Shown here one piece after another: positions 26,767-35,777 of a stretch of DNA of 64,000 nucleotides (its first letter is position 1; each line of letters starts with the position of its first letter). The notes under the pieces were generated by a model. The model had not been told where the DNA came from, ran no database searches, and saw nothing but the letters and a program-made list of their open reading frames with translations. The stretch is from NCBI GenBank assembly GCA_963823335.1, contig CAWGLD010000001.1:1856001-1920000 (forward strand), given 5' to 3'. This DNA is from an uncultured delta proteobacterium (GTDB taxonomy: Bacteria > Desulfobacterota > Desulfobacteria > Desulfobacterales > B30-G6). The position numbers were made by a program, and so were the translations under genes.

Positions 26767-28170
26767 ATGGGTGGTTTTTTTGGAGAAGTCTCGAAGGTTG
26801 ACTGTGTTTTGGATGTTTATTATGGAACGGACTATCATTCACATCTTGGAACCAAGCGTGGAGGGTTGTGCGTCAAAAACAACACGGGATATTCACGCGC
26901 CATCCACAACATCGAGAATGATTACTTTCGTTCCAAGTTCGAGCCGGACCTCCCGAAATTCACCGGCCACCAGGGGATCGGGGTCATCAGTGACACCGAT
27001 GCGCAACCCCTGATTATCGGATCCCATCTGGGGACCTTCGGTATCGTCACGGTGGGAAAAATAAACAATCTCGAGGATCTCGGGAAGCAGGCCTACGGCA
27101 AACGGCTGCATTTTTCAGAAATGAGTGGCGGAGAAATGCATCCCACAGAGCTCGTAGCCATGCTGATCTGTGAGGGAGAAAGTTTCGTCGATGGTATTCG
27201 CAAAGCACAGGCGGCCATCCAAGGATCTTGTTCGCTGTTGCTTCTGACTGAAAACGGGATCTATGCAGCCCGAGACAGGCTGGGCAGAACGCCGGTCGTT
27301 ATCGGGAAAAAGGCCGGTGCCTATGCAGCGTCATCCGAATCATGTTCGTTTCCCAACCTGGGTTTCGAGATCGATCGATATCTGGGGCCGGGGGAAATTG
27401 TTTACCTGACACCGGAAGGATGTGAGCAGTGCCAGGCGCCGGGAGAAGATCTTCAAGTCTGCAGCTTTTTGTGGGTCTATTATGGTTATCCGGCATCGAG
27501 CTATGAAGGGATAAATGTAGAGAAAGTGCGCAACCAGTGTGGTGCTGCTCTGGCCCGAAACGATGACGTCGCCATCGACTTTGTGGCCGGTATTCCGGAC
27601 TCGGGAATCGGACACGCCATCGGGTATGCCAATGAAAAGCGGGTGCCCTATATACGGCCTTTTGTCAAGTACACACCCACCTGGCCGCGAAGCTTCATGC
27701 CGCAGAATCAGGAGCAGCGGGATCTTGTGGCCAGAATGAAGCTTATTCCGGTTCGGGAATTAATCGAGGGTAAGCGGCTCCTTTTTTGTGAAGACTCCAT
27801 CGTCCGCGGGACCCAGCTCAAAGACAACATTCAAAAGCTTTTTGAATACGGCGCCCAAGAAGTTCACATGCGACCTGCGTGTCCGACCCTTATTTATCCG
27901 TGTGAATTCCTGAATTTTTCCACCTCGAGATCGACCCTCGATCTTGCGGGGCGGCAGGTTATCTATAAACTGGAGGGAAACGAGACCAGCTTTCTAGCGG
28001 AGTATGCGTCTGCAGACTCGGACAGGAATCTCGAAATGATCGAAGGCATCCGTCAAAAACTCGGTCTGACATCCCTGGTTTATCAGAAACTGCTGGATCT
28101 CGTCGACGCCATCGGTATGCCCAAGAATAAGGTCTGCACGCATTGCTGGGATGAGTCGAGTTATTTTTGA
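26767..28170 (+). CDS. purF: amidophosphoribosyltransferase (variant with an MGGFFG N-terminus)
   Basis: Ntn domain with ARDRLGRTP, GIPDSG, PRPP loop FCEDSIVRGTQ and Fe-S cysteines (CSF, CP..YPC, CTHC). Confidence 0.9.
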   Translation: MGGFFGEVSKVDCVLDVYYGTDYHSHLGTKRGGLCVKNNTGYSRAIHNIENDYFRSKFEPDLPKFTGHQGIGVISDTDAQPLIIGSHLGTFGIVTVGKINNLEDLGKQAYGKRLHFSEMSGGEMHPTELVAMLICEGESFVDGIRKAQAAIQGSCSLLLLTENGIYAARDRLGRTPVVIGKKAGAYAASSESCSFPNLGFEIDRYLGPGEIVYLTPEGCEQCQAPGEDLQVCSFLWVYYGYPASSYEGINVEKVRNQCGAALARNDDVAIDFVAGIPDSGIGHAIGYANEKRVPYIRPFVKYTPTWPRSFMPQNQEQRDLVARMKLIPVRELIEGKRLLFCEDSIVRGTQLKDNIQKLFEYGAQEVHMRPACPTLIYPCEFLNFSTSRSTLDLAGRQVIYKLEGNETSFLAEYASADSDRNLEMIEGIRQKLGLTSLVYQKLLDLVDAIGMPKNKVCTHCWDESSYF

Positions 28171-28293
28171 CGGTCTCGTAAAAAGTCCAACTTCTGTGTT
28201 GTGCTGCATTTCGCAATCATTCAACGTACGATAAGTACCCCTCATGATTACAAAACTTGCACGCCTTGAATTTGAACTTTTTACGAAACCGTC
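28169..28293 (+). repeat. long-hairpin (REPIN/MITE-like) element H3
   Basis: GACGGTCTCGTAAAAAGT / ACTTTTTACGAAACCGTC termini; core TCTGTGTTG...GTACGATAAGTAC...CGCCTTGA; overlaps the purF stop. Confidence 0.85.
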
Positions 28294-28397
28294 TAGTTCT
28301 GACTTTTTACGCGTTCACCTTTTTTAATATGCAGGCTGTAGACGATTAGACTGTAGGCTGCTAATGGCCTAAAAGTGTATAGCCTACAGACTAAAGT

Positions 28398-29144
28398 TTA
28401 AGCTACCCGCTGCTCCAGTATTTCTCCCCGGGTGCTGATGACGACCGTTTCCATTGGAACGGTTTTGCCTGACTTTTCCATGCCCTTCTTGACGATGTAG
28501 GGGAGGCCGGAGCAACAGGGAACTTCCATAACCGCGGTGGTGACGCTTGCAATATCCGATGCGCTGAAAATTGCGGCAAATCTGTCGATATAGTCCTGCA
28601 CATCGTCAAATTTTGGACATCCCATCAATACGACCTTACCTTTCAAGAGCCGGGTATGAAAATCCGGATAGGCCATGGGTGTGCAGTCTGCCGCTACGAG
28701 AAGATTGGCATTTTTCAGAAATGGCGCGTTGGGCGGCACCAGGCGAATCTGAACCGGCCAATGCGAAAGTGCTGAAGCGCTTCCTTCCTGGACGGTGGGT
28801 TGATTTGCCTTCTGACAGGCTGTGGGTGCGAAGGACTGCAATTTTGTCGACGGGCACCCGGTGAATGGGGCGGGTGTTTCGTGGGTCTGTTCTTTTCCCA
28901 TCTGAGACAGGTGTTCTTCCACCGCGATTTCGTCAAATTCGTCGGTTTCTTTTTCCACAATGGTCAAGGCATCGTTTGGGCACTCACCGAGACAGGCGCC
29001 CAATCCATCACAGAATTTGTCTGCCACAACTTTTGCCTTCCCGTCAATGACCTTGAGTGCGCCCTCGGCACAACCGATGATGCACAGACCACAACCGTCA
29101 CATTTTTCTTCATCGATTTCAATTATTTTACGACGTACTTTCAT
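28398..29144 (-). CDS. 2x[4Fe-4S] ferredoxin-domain protein (Hcp-associated type)
   Basis: CDGCGLCIIGC, CDGLGACLGECP, then WPVQ, AADC, GCPKFD, MEVPCC. Confidence 0.88.
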   Translation of the reverse strand: MKVRRKIIEIDEEKCDGCGLCIIGCAEGALKVIDGKAKVVADKFCDGLGACLGECPNDALTIVEKETDEFDEIAVEEHLSQMGKEQTHETPAPFTGCPSTKLQSFAPTACQKANQPTVQEGSASALSHWPVQIRLVPPNAPFLKNANLLVAADCTPMAYPDFHTRLLKGKVVLMGCPKFDDVQDYIDRFAAIFSASDIASVTTAVMEVPCCSGLPYIVKKGMEKSGKTVPMETVVISTRGEILEQRVA

Positions 29145-29158
29145 ATTCTGTTTTTCCT

Positions 29159-29890
29159 TTACGAGATCGAAAACACCTTTTCGGCCTCTTCCTTTCCGCC
29201 TTCCGTCAGCAGAGATGTCTGTATAAAATTTTCCACACGACCGGAATCCATGGGTTTTTCCTTGTGGCGTTCTTCCATGTTGGTGATCATGTCGGCATCA
29301 TACAGGACCTTGAAGTTAATGGTGTCATCGGCTCGGGGATGGTGGTGGTGCCCGATGATGTCACATACCTCATCGATTAACGCATCTTTTGCACCCAGTT
29401 TTTCGAGAAGCTCACGCGCTATGGGCGGGCCTTCCTGTTCCTGGTACTTCGGGGCCGTGCTCTGGTGCTTGCGCTCTGACTCCTGAATACCGATGTCATG
29501 CAGATAGGCGGCGCATAATATGACCGCCATATTTCCAAACTCTTTTTTTGCAATCCTTTCTGCATACCTGGCCACCCGCGTGGCATGACCGATACGCTTG
29601 AAATCTGTTTTGAAATATCGTTTCATTTCAATGGCGACCCGGTCTTTGAGCAGATCTTCTTTGCCTGCCAGGAGTTCGGGCGGCAGGCCGCCGATGCACT
29701 GTTCGGCAAATTCGCAATAGGAGGCACAGCCGAAATCCAATTTTGGATTGACAAACCGGTGGTCGCAGTGATGGCATTTCCGGGTGGTGTCATCTTTGAA
29801 GAATTCCACGGAATGACCACACTTGGGACAGGATTCCTCAAAAATGGCCCCGGGTTTCCAATAGCGGCTGTCTTGACCTGGACATTTCAT
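29159..29890 (-). CDS. HD-domain phosphohydrolase with a Cys-rich N-terminal zinc-ribbon region
   Basis: MKCPGQD..CPKC..CHHC..CASYCEFAEQC; RIGHA, YLHDIG, HHH, YDAD. Confidence 0.85.
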   Translation of the reverse strand: MKCPGQDSRYWKPGAIFEESCPKCGHSVEFFKDDTTRKCHHCDHRFVNPKLDFGCASYCEFAEQCIGGLPPELLAGKEDLLKDRVAIEMKRYFKTDFKRIGHATRVARYAERIAKKEFGNMAVILCAAYLHDIGIQESERKHQSTAPKYQEQEGPPIARELLEKLGAKDALIDEVCDIIGHHHHPRADDTINFKVLYDADMITNMEERHKEKPMDSGRVENFIQTSLLTEGGKEEAEKVFSIS

Positions 29891-29985
29891 AATAGATCCT
29901 CATTATGTTGCTAAATTTTTCTGGCAGGAAGAACAGGTTCCACATCAAACAATTCGTGTGGAATCCTGATCCTCCGTTAATTTGG

Positions 29986-30065
29986 TTGAAGAGTCCTCGC
30001 AGCTTGCTGCGAGGACTCTTCGGCCGTAAGGAATTTTATCCATTTGAGATTCGCTCGCTAACCCC
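29986..30065 (+). repeat. TTGAA modular palindromic repeat, copy E
   Basis: GAAGAGTCCTCGCAGC-TT-GCTGCGAGGACTCTTC perfect hairpin plus a CGTAAGGAATT...GATTCGCTCGCTAAC module shared with copy F. Confidence 0.75.
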
Positions 30066-30075
30066 AAAGGTAATA

Positions 30076-30117
30076 AGCGGCGAAGCCGCGTCATATAAAT
30101 TCGTGCAACGAATTTAT
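30076..30117 (+). repeat. 42-nt double-hairpin REP-like element, copy 6
   Basis: AGCGGCGAAGCCGC-gtcat-ATAAATTCG-tgcaa-CGAATTTAT; contains the hcp stop codon. Confidence 0.85.
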
Positions 30118-31742
30118 CCTAATATCGCTTTCAGGTCTTCATCCGGTGTCGAAATAGGCATCAGATTGAAGTTTTTGACCAATACATCCAGGACATTGGG
30201 TGTGATGAACGCCGGCAGACTCGGTCCCAGACGAATGTCCTTGATACCTAGGTGGAGAAGCGTCAGCAGTATGACACAGGCTTTCTGCTCATACCATGAC
30301 AGGATCATTGATAGCGGCAGATCGTTGACACCGCAATCAAATGCATTTGCCAGGGCTACAGCAATCTGTACTGCGGAATAGGCATCGTTGCACTGACCGA
30401 TATCAAGTAGTCTCGGGATTCCGCCGATATCCCCAAGATCCTTATCAAAAAATCTGAATTTGCCGCAAGCCAGTGTCAGGACAACGCTGTCGCTGGGAAC
30501 CTTTTCCACAAATTCGGTGTAGTAGTTTCGACCCGGCTTGGCACCGTCACAACCGGCGACAAGAAAAAAATGTCGAATGGCTTTGCTTTTCACGGCCTCG
30601 ACAATCTTGCCGGCAACCGACAGGACTGCGTTTCTGGCAAACCCTACCATGACGGACTTGCCTTTCGTATCTTCCGGGAACCCCGGCAGTTCAAGCGCTT
30701 TTTCGATAACGGCTGAAAAATCCTTGCCGGCAATATGCTTTACACCGGGCCAACCCACAAGACCTGTGGTAAATATGTTTTCCTGATAGGTGTCTTTGGG
30801 TTTCTGGATGCAATTGGTGGTCATCAGAATTGCACCGGGAAATTCGGCGAACTCTTTTTTCTGATTCTGCCAGGCAGTGCCATAATGCCCATAAAGATGT
30901 GCATATTTTTTCAATTCGGGATACCCGTGGCAGGGCAGCATCTCACCGTGGGTGTAGATTTGGATGCCTTTGCCCTCGGTCTGTTTAAGCAATTCATACA
31001 GATCCTTGAGATCGTGCCCGGATACGAGAATCGCTTTTCCTTTTTTTACGTCCATAGGTACGCTCGTGGGGACAGGGTGGCCATAAGTACCGGTGTTTGC
31101 AGCATCCAGCAGCTCCATGGCCCTGAGATTGACCTCACCACACTTCAAGACCAGCCCCACCAGAGCATCCAGACCCAATTCATCGTCGAGTGTTGCAGCC
31201 AGGGCCTGGTAGATAAAATCATACACCATGTCATCGTGCTGTCCGAGTATCCGGGCATGATCTGCATATGCTGCAAGGCCTTTGAGACCGTAAACCAGCA
31301 ATTCTCGAAGGGAGAGGATATCCGGGTCGACATCCGGGTTTGATTTCACGCCCACCAGTTCTCCTTGAGCGACGAGTTTTTCAAGGTCGGAGGCGGGGTA
31401 AAATGTTGCAGGTCCTTCGGGGAACTGGGCGTCACCTTCCACGGCTTGGATGCGTTTTTTCAAAGCATCTCTACGTGTGACGGTTTCCTGAATTAAAACG
31501 ACAAACCGTTCCGAATCAAAATTTACATTGGTCAGCGTCGAAAAAACCGCCTCACAGGTAAAATGATCCAGGTCCGTATCTCTTACGCCGAGGCTGTGGC
31601 CTTTTAAAGCGACAAGCGAAAGCCCCTTGAGTGTGTAAATCAACAAATCCTGCAGTGCTGCGGTATCGGGCTGCTTTCCACAGACACCGACATTGGTACA
31701 TCCTTGACCTTTTGCGGTCTGTTCACATTGAAAACAAAACAT
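30114..31742 (-). CDS. hcp: hybrid cluster protein (hydroxylamine / NO reductase)
   Basis: MFCFQCEQTAKGQGCTNVGVCGK, SGHDL, THGEM, TTNC, GCDG, GQCNDAY, SWYEQKA. Confidence 0.98.
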   Translation of the reverse strand: MFCFQCEQTAKGQGCTNVGVCGKQPDTAALQDLLIYTLKGLSLVALKGHSLGVRDTDLDHFTCEAVFSTLTNVNFDSERFVVLIQETVTRRDALKKRIQAVEGDAQFPEGPATFYPASDLEKLVAQGELVGVKSNPDVDPDILSLRELLVYGLKGLAAYADHARILGQHDDMVYDFIYQALAATLDDELGLDALVGLVLKCGEVNLRAMELLDAANTGTYGHPVPTSVPMDVKKGKAILVSGHDLKDLYELLKQTEGKGIQIYTHGEMLPCHGYPELKKYAHLYGHYGTAWQNQKKEFAEFPGAILMTTNCIQKPKDTYQENIFTTGLVGWPGVKHIAGKDFSAVIEKALELPGFPEDTKGKSVMVGFARNAVLSVAGKIVEAVKSKAIRHFFLVAGCDGAKPGRNYYTEFVEKVPSDSVVLTLACGKFRFFDKDLGDIGGIPRLLDIGQCNDAYSAVQIAVALANAFDCGVNDLPLSMILSWYEQKACVILLTLLHLGIKDIRLGPSLPAFITPNVLDVLVKNFNLMPISTPDEDLKAILG

Positions 31743-31832
31743 ATTGGTTTTTCCTTTCCTGTTCGATTTGAACCAAACAACGTGGTTCGTTAATGGTTTA
31801 ACTGACTTTATGGGACAACACAGATGGTTTCA

Positions 31833-31846
31833 TTGACATAAGTCAA
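31833..31846. promoter_or_regulatory. HcpR (Crp/Fnr-type) operator upstream of hcp
   Basis: Perfect TTGAC-ATAA-GTCAA palindrome about 90 nt upstream of the hcp ATG, next to the divergent Crp/Fnr gene. Confidence 0.8.
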
Positions 31847-31920
31847 AAAGACTTGTTTTAAGTTTTAGGTGTTAGGGTAATTTAATTAGCATTTGATTAA
31901 TTTCTGATGCTTGTTATAAT

Positions 31921-32063
31921 TTGAACCGAAATAGCGAGCGCTAACCCCGTGGGTTCTGCCGTTCGGCAGTGCTACGCATGCCGCGGAGTTAGCAAGCGAA
32001 TCCAAACTAGACAGAATTCCTTACGGTCGAAGATTCCTCGCAGCTTGCTGCGAGGTTCTTCAA
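31921..32063 (-). repeat. TTGAA...TTCAA modular palindromic repeat, copy F (composite)
   Basis: Contains both the copy-A modules and the copy-E modules in reverse orientation. Confidence 0.8.
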
Positions 32064-32121
32064 AATCTATGCCAAGCAGAATAATCACCAACCGGTCCTT
32101 TATTTGTGGAGCAATGTCGTC

Positions 32122-32805
32122 ATGGATAAAATACTGAAAATTATCTCCCAGATACCGCTTTTCCAGAATGTTCAGGAGCAAGATCTGAAAAAAATCCGGG
32201 CCATCGCCGTGGATAAATTCTACAATAAAGGACGGACCGTATTTTCAGAGGGCGACAAGGGTATCGGTTTCTACGTGGTTGCAGATGGGAAGGTTAAGAT
32301 CTACAAGGTTTCCATGGACGGCAAGGAGCAGATCCTGCATATCTATGGGCCTGGAAGTCCTTTTGGCGAAGTGGCTGTCTTTGCAGGAAAAAATTTCCCG
32401 GCAAATGCCGAAACCTTGCTAAAAAGCCATCTTCTTTTTTTTCCGAGAGCCGCTTTTGTCGAACTGATCTCCAAAAATCCATCCCTCTGCCTGAATATGT
32501 TGGCCATGCTTTCCATGCGGCTACGTCAGTTTACCCTTCAGGTGGAAAATCTGTCTTTGAAAGAGGTTCCCGGTCGTCTTGCCTCCTACCTGATCTATCT
32601 TGCCCGTGAGCAGGGCGCCGAAGAAATGGTGACCCTGCCGGTTTCAAAGGGGCAGCTTGCAAGCCTGTTGGGTACCATCCCCGAAACATTGTCCCGTATT
32701 CTCGGCAAAATGAGCATGAGTGGACTCATCTCTGTGGATGGGCACGAAATCAAGCTGCTCGATTCGACAGGCCTGGCAGATCTGGCGGAAAATGGAAAGC
32801 TGTGA
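32122..32805 (+). CDS. hcpR: Crp/Fnr-family regulator HcpR
   Basis: cNMP-fold FGEVAVF..FPANA and HTH LGTIPETLSR; divergent from hcp. Confidence 0.85.
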   Translation: MDKILKIISQIPLFQNVQEQDLKKIRAIAVDKFYNKGRTVFSEGDKGIGFYVVADGKVKIYKVSMDGKEQILHIYGPGSPFGEVAVFAGKNFPANAETLLKSHLLFFPRAAFVELISKNPSLCLNMLAMLSMRLRQFTLQVENLSLKEVPGRLASYLIYLAREQGAEEMVTLPVSKGQLASLLGTIPETLSRILGKMSMSGLISVDGHEIKLLDSTGLADLAENGKL

Positions 32806-32940
32806 TTGTTTCTATTTTTTTGCCACAAAATACACAAATTTTGCAGTTAAAGGGCTAAAAGGCTAACTATGTTTCGAGGGAAATAGCCGTAAGCTTTAAA
32901 CCATTAGCTGTTAGCAGCATCACAGTCTCCCAGCATAAAA

Positions 32941-33144
32941 TCACGTTGCAGGGTAGTTGATTTCCTTGAGCTGAGCCTTGATAATCTCCAGCGTCGCAGG
33001 TGCTTCCCATGCCACTGTCATGGATTTCATTTCTGGATCGCCATCCACCGTACGGACACCTTCCAACTCACTCAGTTCGTTTTTAATACTCATCACACAG
33101 TGTCCACAGGATATATTCGGTATGGTAAAGGTTGTTTTTTCCAT
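32941..33144 (-). CDS. CopZ-like heavy-metal-binding protein (probably also translated from its own start)
   Basis: Internal SD AGGAG before ATG 33144; ISCGHC motif; 67 aa. Confidence 0.65.
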   Translation of the reverse strand: MEKTTFTIPNISCGHCVMSIKNELSELEGVRTVDGDPEMKSMTVAWEAPATLEIIKAQLKEINYPAT

Positions 33145-33948
33145 GGTATCTTCTCCTAATGTATTTACCAAGAAGTCAAAATCAGATTTCTTGAAAATTT
33201 GTGCGAAACGTTCGCCGTGTCGACTGTTTCGTTTGTAGAAAGTAATGCAGTATTGGATAATATCAAGAACCTTTTTCTCCGTGTACACCCCCGGCAGTTC
33301 CATTGCCAATCGAGGATGCCTCCCTAACTTTCCACCGAGCAGAACCCTGAATCCGCTTTTCCGTTCCTGAATGGTTTGGGTGGGGCACACCCGTATGCAT
33401 TTCCCACAGGACATACATCGTTGCATGTCGATGTCTGGTTTTTCAGGGGTGCTGTGAAGATGGATGCAGTTGTCCGGACAGGCCTCAACACAAGCCTCGC
33501 AAGCGGTGCAGACTTCATCTGTAACATCGGGAATCTGGGCAGCGATGATACCGATGTCCTTGATCTGGGGTTGAGAGCATGCATTGGGGCATTCTGCAAT
33601 GGTGATTCTGAACTCATGGTGGTATTTGAGATCTCCCTGGACATGATGTTTCAAGAAAGAGAGAAGATCTTCTGTTATCATCATTTTCTCTATCCGTTCG
33701 AGAAGTTTTTCCGAAGGAATCGTCCGGTTGGGACAGCCGCTCGACCCAAAACAGGTATCGAGCTGATAGCCCTTGATTTCCTCACTCATCATTTGCAGAT
33801 GCCGTTTCTGGGCTGTTTTGACATCCGCCAGGGTAACGGTTTTCTTTCCTGTCTCCGCCACCTGTGCTTCGATGCGTGCCCGAACTTTTTTTCTGACAAA
33901 AAATGGTACTTTTTTTACTGCGTTTTCAGCTTCTTTTGTCCACTCCAA
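32941..33948 (-). CDS. sulfite/nitrite-reductase-like Fe-S protein (PCP_red-like N-terminus, Fer4) read in frame into a C-terminal HMA/CopZ domain
   Basis: WTKEAENAVKKVPFFVR, TCFGSSGCPN, ECPNACSQPQIKDIG, two CxxCxxCxxxCP, GGKLGRHP, then MEKTTFTIPNISCGHC; TTG start at 33948 after AGGGGG. Confidence 0.75.
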   Translation of the reverse strand: MEWTKEAENAVKKVPFFVRKKVRARIEAQVAETGKKTVTLADVKTAQKRHLQMMSEEIKGYQLDTCFGSSGCPNRTIPSEKLLERIEKMMITEDLLSFLKHHVQGDLKYHHEFRITIAECPNACSQPQIKDIGIIAAQIPDVTDEVCTACEACVEACPDNCIHLHSTPEKPDIDMQRCMSCGKCIRVCPTQTIQERKSGFRVLLGGKLGRHPRLAMELPGVYTEKKVLDIIQYCITFYKRNSRHGERFAQIFKKSDFDFLVNTLGEDTMEKTTFTIPNISCGHCVMSIKNELSELEGVRTVDGDPEMKSMTVAWEAPATLEIIKAQLKEINYPAT

Positions 33949-34014
33949 GGCATTGCCCCCTATGACAACCACACGGTTGCCGGTATCAGTTATACTGTTT
34001 GTCAGAATAACGTT

Positions 34015-34062
34015 CCGAAGCGTTAGCCGAAAGCCAAACGGAACATACTTATGAGAACGGCC
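34015..34062 (+). repeat. 48-bp dispersed repeat (first copy at 22222-22269)
   Basis: 45/48 identity with 22222-22269. Confidence 0.85.
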
Positions 34063-34085
34063 ATATCTATATTGTATGCCAAAAT

Positions 34086-34127
34086 AGCGACAATGTCGCG
34101 TCATATAAAATCGTATAACGATATTAT
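34086..34127 (+). repeat. 42-nt double-hairpin REP-like element, copy 7
   Basis: AGCGAC-AAT-GTCGC-gtcat-ATAAAATCG-tataa-CGATATTAT. Confidence 0.8.
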
Positions 34128-34150
34128 TATCACAACGTGGTATGCAGGCA

Positions 34151-34164
34151 TTGATTTAAGTCAA
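34151..34164. promoter_or_regulatory. second HcpR/Fnr-type operator
   Basis: TTGAT-TTAA-GTCAA in the divergent region between the Fe-S/HMA gene and resB; a weaker TTGAC-ATAA-TTAAA site at 34221-34234. Confidence 0.6.
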
Positions 34165-34297
34165 AAATATGATATACGTGATTTCTGTGGCATCGTATGC
34201 GGTCCTCCGGCGATTTAATTTTGACATAATTAAAGACGATACCTATTTTAGCGGGTACGTTTTACGAACTCCACTGGAAAGGTGATTCAGACAATCC

Positions 34298-35713
34298 ATG
34301 GCAGACAAGAACCCCATATGGAAATTTTTTGTGTCGATTCGACTGACCGTTGTGTTGCTGCTGTCTCTGGCGGCTACATCTGTCATTGGTACCCTTGTGC
34401 CACAGAATGCGAATCCTGAGAGCTATTTTCATCAATACGGCGCGTTTTTCTATCGTTTATTCGACATCCTCAATGTTTTTGACATGTATCACTCCTGGTG
34501 GTTTCAGCTATTGTTGTTGTTGCTCATCTGCAACATTATTGCCTGTTCCATCGATCGGATCGGCAGTACCTGGAAAATAGTGTTCCCCAAAGAAATCACA
34601 TTCAAACTCAGCCTGTTTCAAAAACTGAAACAAAAAGAGAGTTTCACTGACCCACGGCTGCCGCAAGAACTGGAAAATGACTTTACCGCCGTTTTTACCA
34701 AGGCGTTTGGCCCCCCCAGAGTTGAAAAAACAGACCAGGGTTTTTCCTTGTTTGCGGAAAAAGGACGCTGGACCCGATTAGGTGTCTATATCGTGCATTC
34801 GAGTATTCTTTTTCTCATCGTCGGCGCCATGATCGGATCGATGTTTGGGTTTGAGGGCTATGTGAACATTCCGGAAGGTGAGCGTGTCGACCATGTGCAA
34901 CTCAGGAATACAGACCGGAGTCAGCATCTTGGTTTTGAAATTCAATGCAACAAATTCAGTTTGACTACCTATAAGAATGGTGCGCCAAAAGAATACCGCT
35001 CCAGTCTGACGATTCTGGAAAACGGAGAACCCGTTTTTACGAAAGACATTATTGTCAATGATCCCCTGCAGTACAAGGGGATTAGCATCTTCCAGTCGAG
35101 TTACGGAGAAATGTCACCCCAACGAACCGAGACGCCGGTGTTTTCTCCTGACGATATCCAGCTTGCCTTTTTCGTGAATGCATCGGGGATGGTTTACAAA
35201 CGAACAGTCGAGCTTGGAAAACCCCTGGAAATCCCGGAGGGAATGGGCAAGTTCGTTGTCATGGATTTCATGGAATCGGCTTCATTTATGGGGCAGAATA
35301 TCGGAGCGGCCTTGATAGGAATCCTGACGCCAGTGGGCGGTGAACCCACAGAGGTTACCTTGCCGATCGAATTCCCCAATTTCGATAAAATGAGAAAAGG
35401 GGATGTGATTATTTCGGTTGTCCATCAACATGAAAAGCAGCCGCTTGAAAAGAACCCTGGAAACAGGCAATATTATACCGGGCTGCAAGTGGTCAAAGAC
35501 CCCGGTGTGTGGGTCGTTTATTCAGGATTTATTGTCATGATCGTCGGTATTATCATTACTTTTTTTATGTCTCACCAGCGTCTTTGCGTTGACGTCAGCC
35601 GCAAAGGAAGTAAAAGCTGGATAATGGTCGCGGGGACAGCCAACAAGAATAAATTGGGAATGGGGATAAAGACAGAAAAGCTGGCACGACTTCTGGGCAA
35701 ACCCGATAAATGA
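34298..35713 (+). CDS. resB: cytochrome c biogenesis protein ResB/Ccs1 (system II)
   Basis: IGTLVPQ, DMYHSWWF, YIVHSSIL, VNDPL, TGLQVVKDPG. Confidence 0.93.
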   Translation: MADKNPIWKFFVSIRLTVVLLLSLAATSVIGTLVPQNANPESYFHQYGAFFYRLFDILNVFDMYHSWWFQLLLLLLICNIIACSIDRIGSTWKIVFPKEITFKLSLFQKLKQKESFTDPRLPQELENDFTAVFTKAFGPPRVEKTDQGFSLFAEKGRWTRLGVYIVHSSILFLIVGAMIGSMFGFEGYVNIPEGERVDHVQLRNTDRSQHLGFEIQCNKFSLTTYKNGAPKEYRSSLTILENGEPVFTKDIIVNDPLQYKGISIFQSSYGEMSPQRTETPVFSPDDIQLAFFVNASGMVYKRTVELGKPLEIPEGMGKFVVMDFMESASFMGQNIGAALIGILTPVGGEPTEVTLPIEFPNFDKMRKGDVIISVVHQHEKQPLEKNPGNRQYYTGLQVVKDPGVWVVYSGFIVMIVGIIITFFMSHQRLCVDVSRKGSKSWIMVAGTANKNKLGMGIKTEKLARLLGKPDK

Positions 35714-35722
35714 ACCGCATAG

Positions 35723-35764
35723 AGCGACGCTGTCGCGCTCGATAAAATCGTTGCACGATTATAT
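35723..35764 (+). repeat. 42-nt double-hairpin REP-like element, copy 8
   Basis: AGCGAC-GCT-GTCGC-gctcg-ATAAAATCG-ttgca-CGATTATAT between resB and ccsA. Confidence 0.8.
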
Positions 35765-35777
35765 TCTGAGGTTGGAT

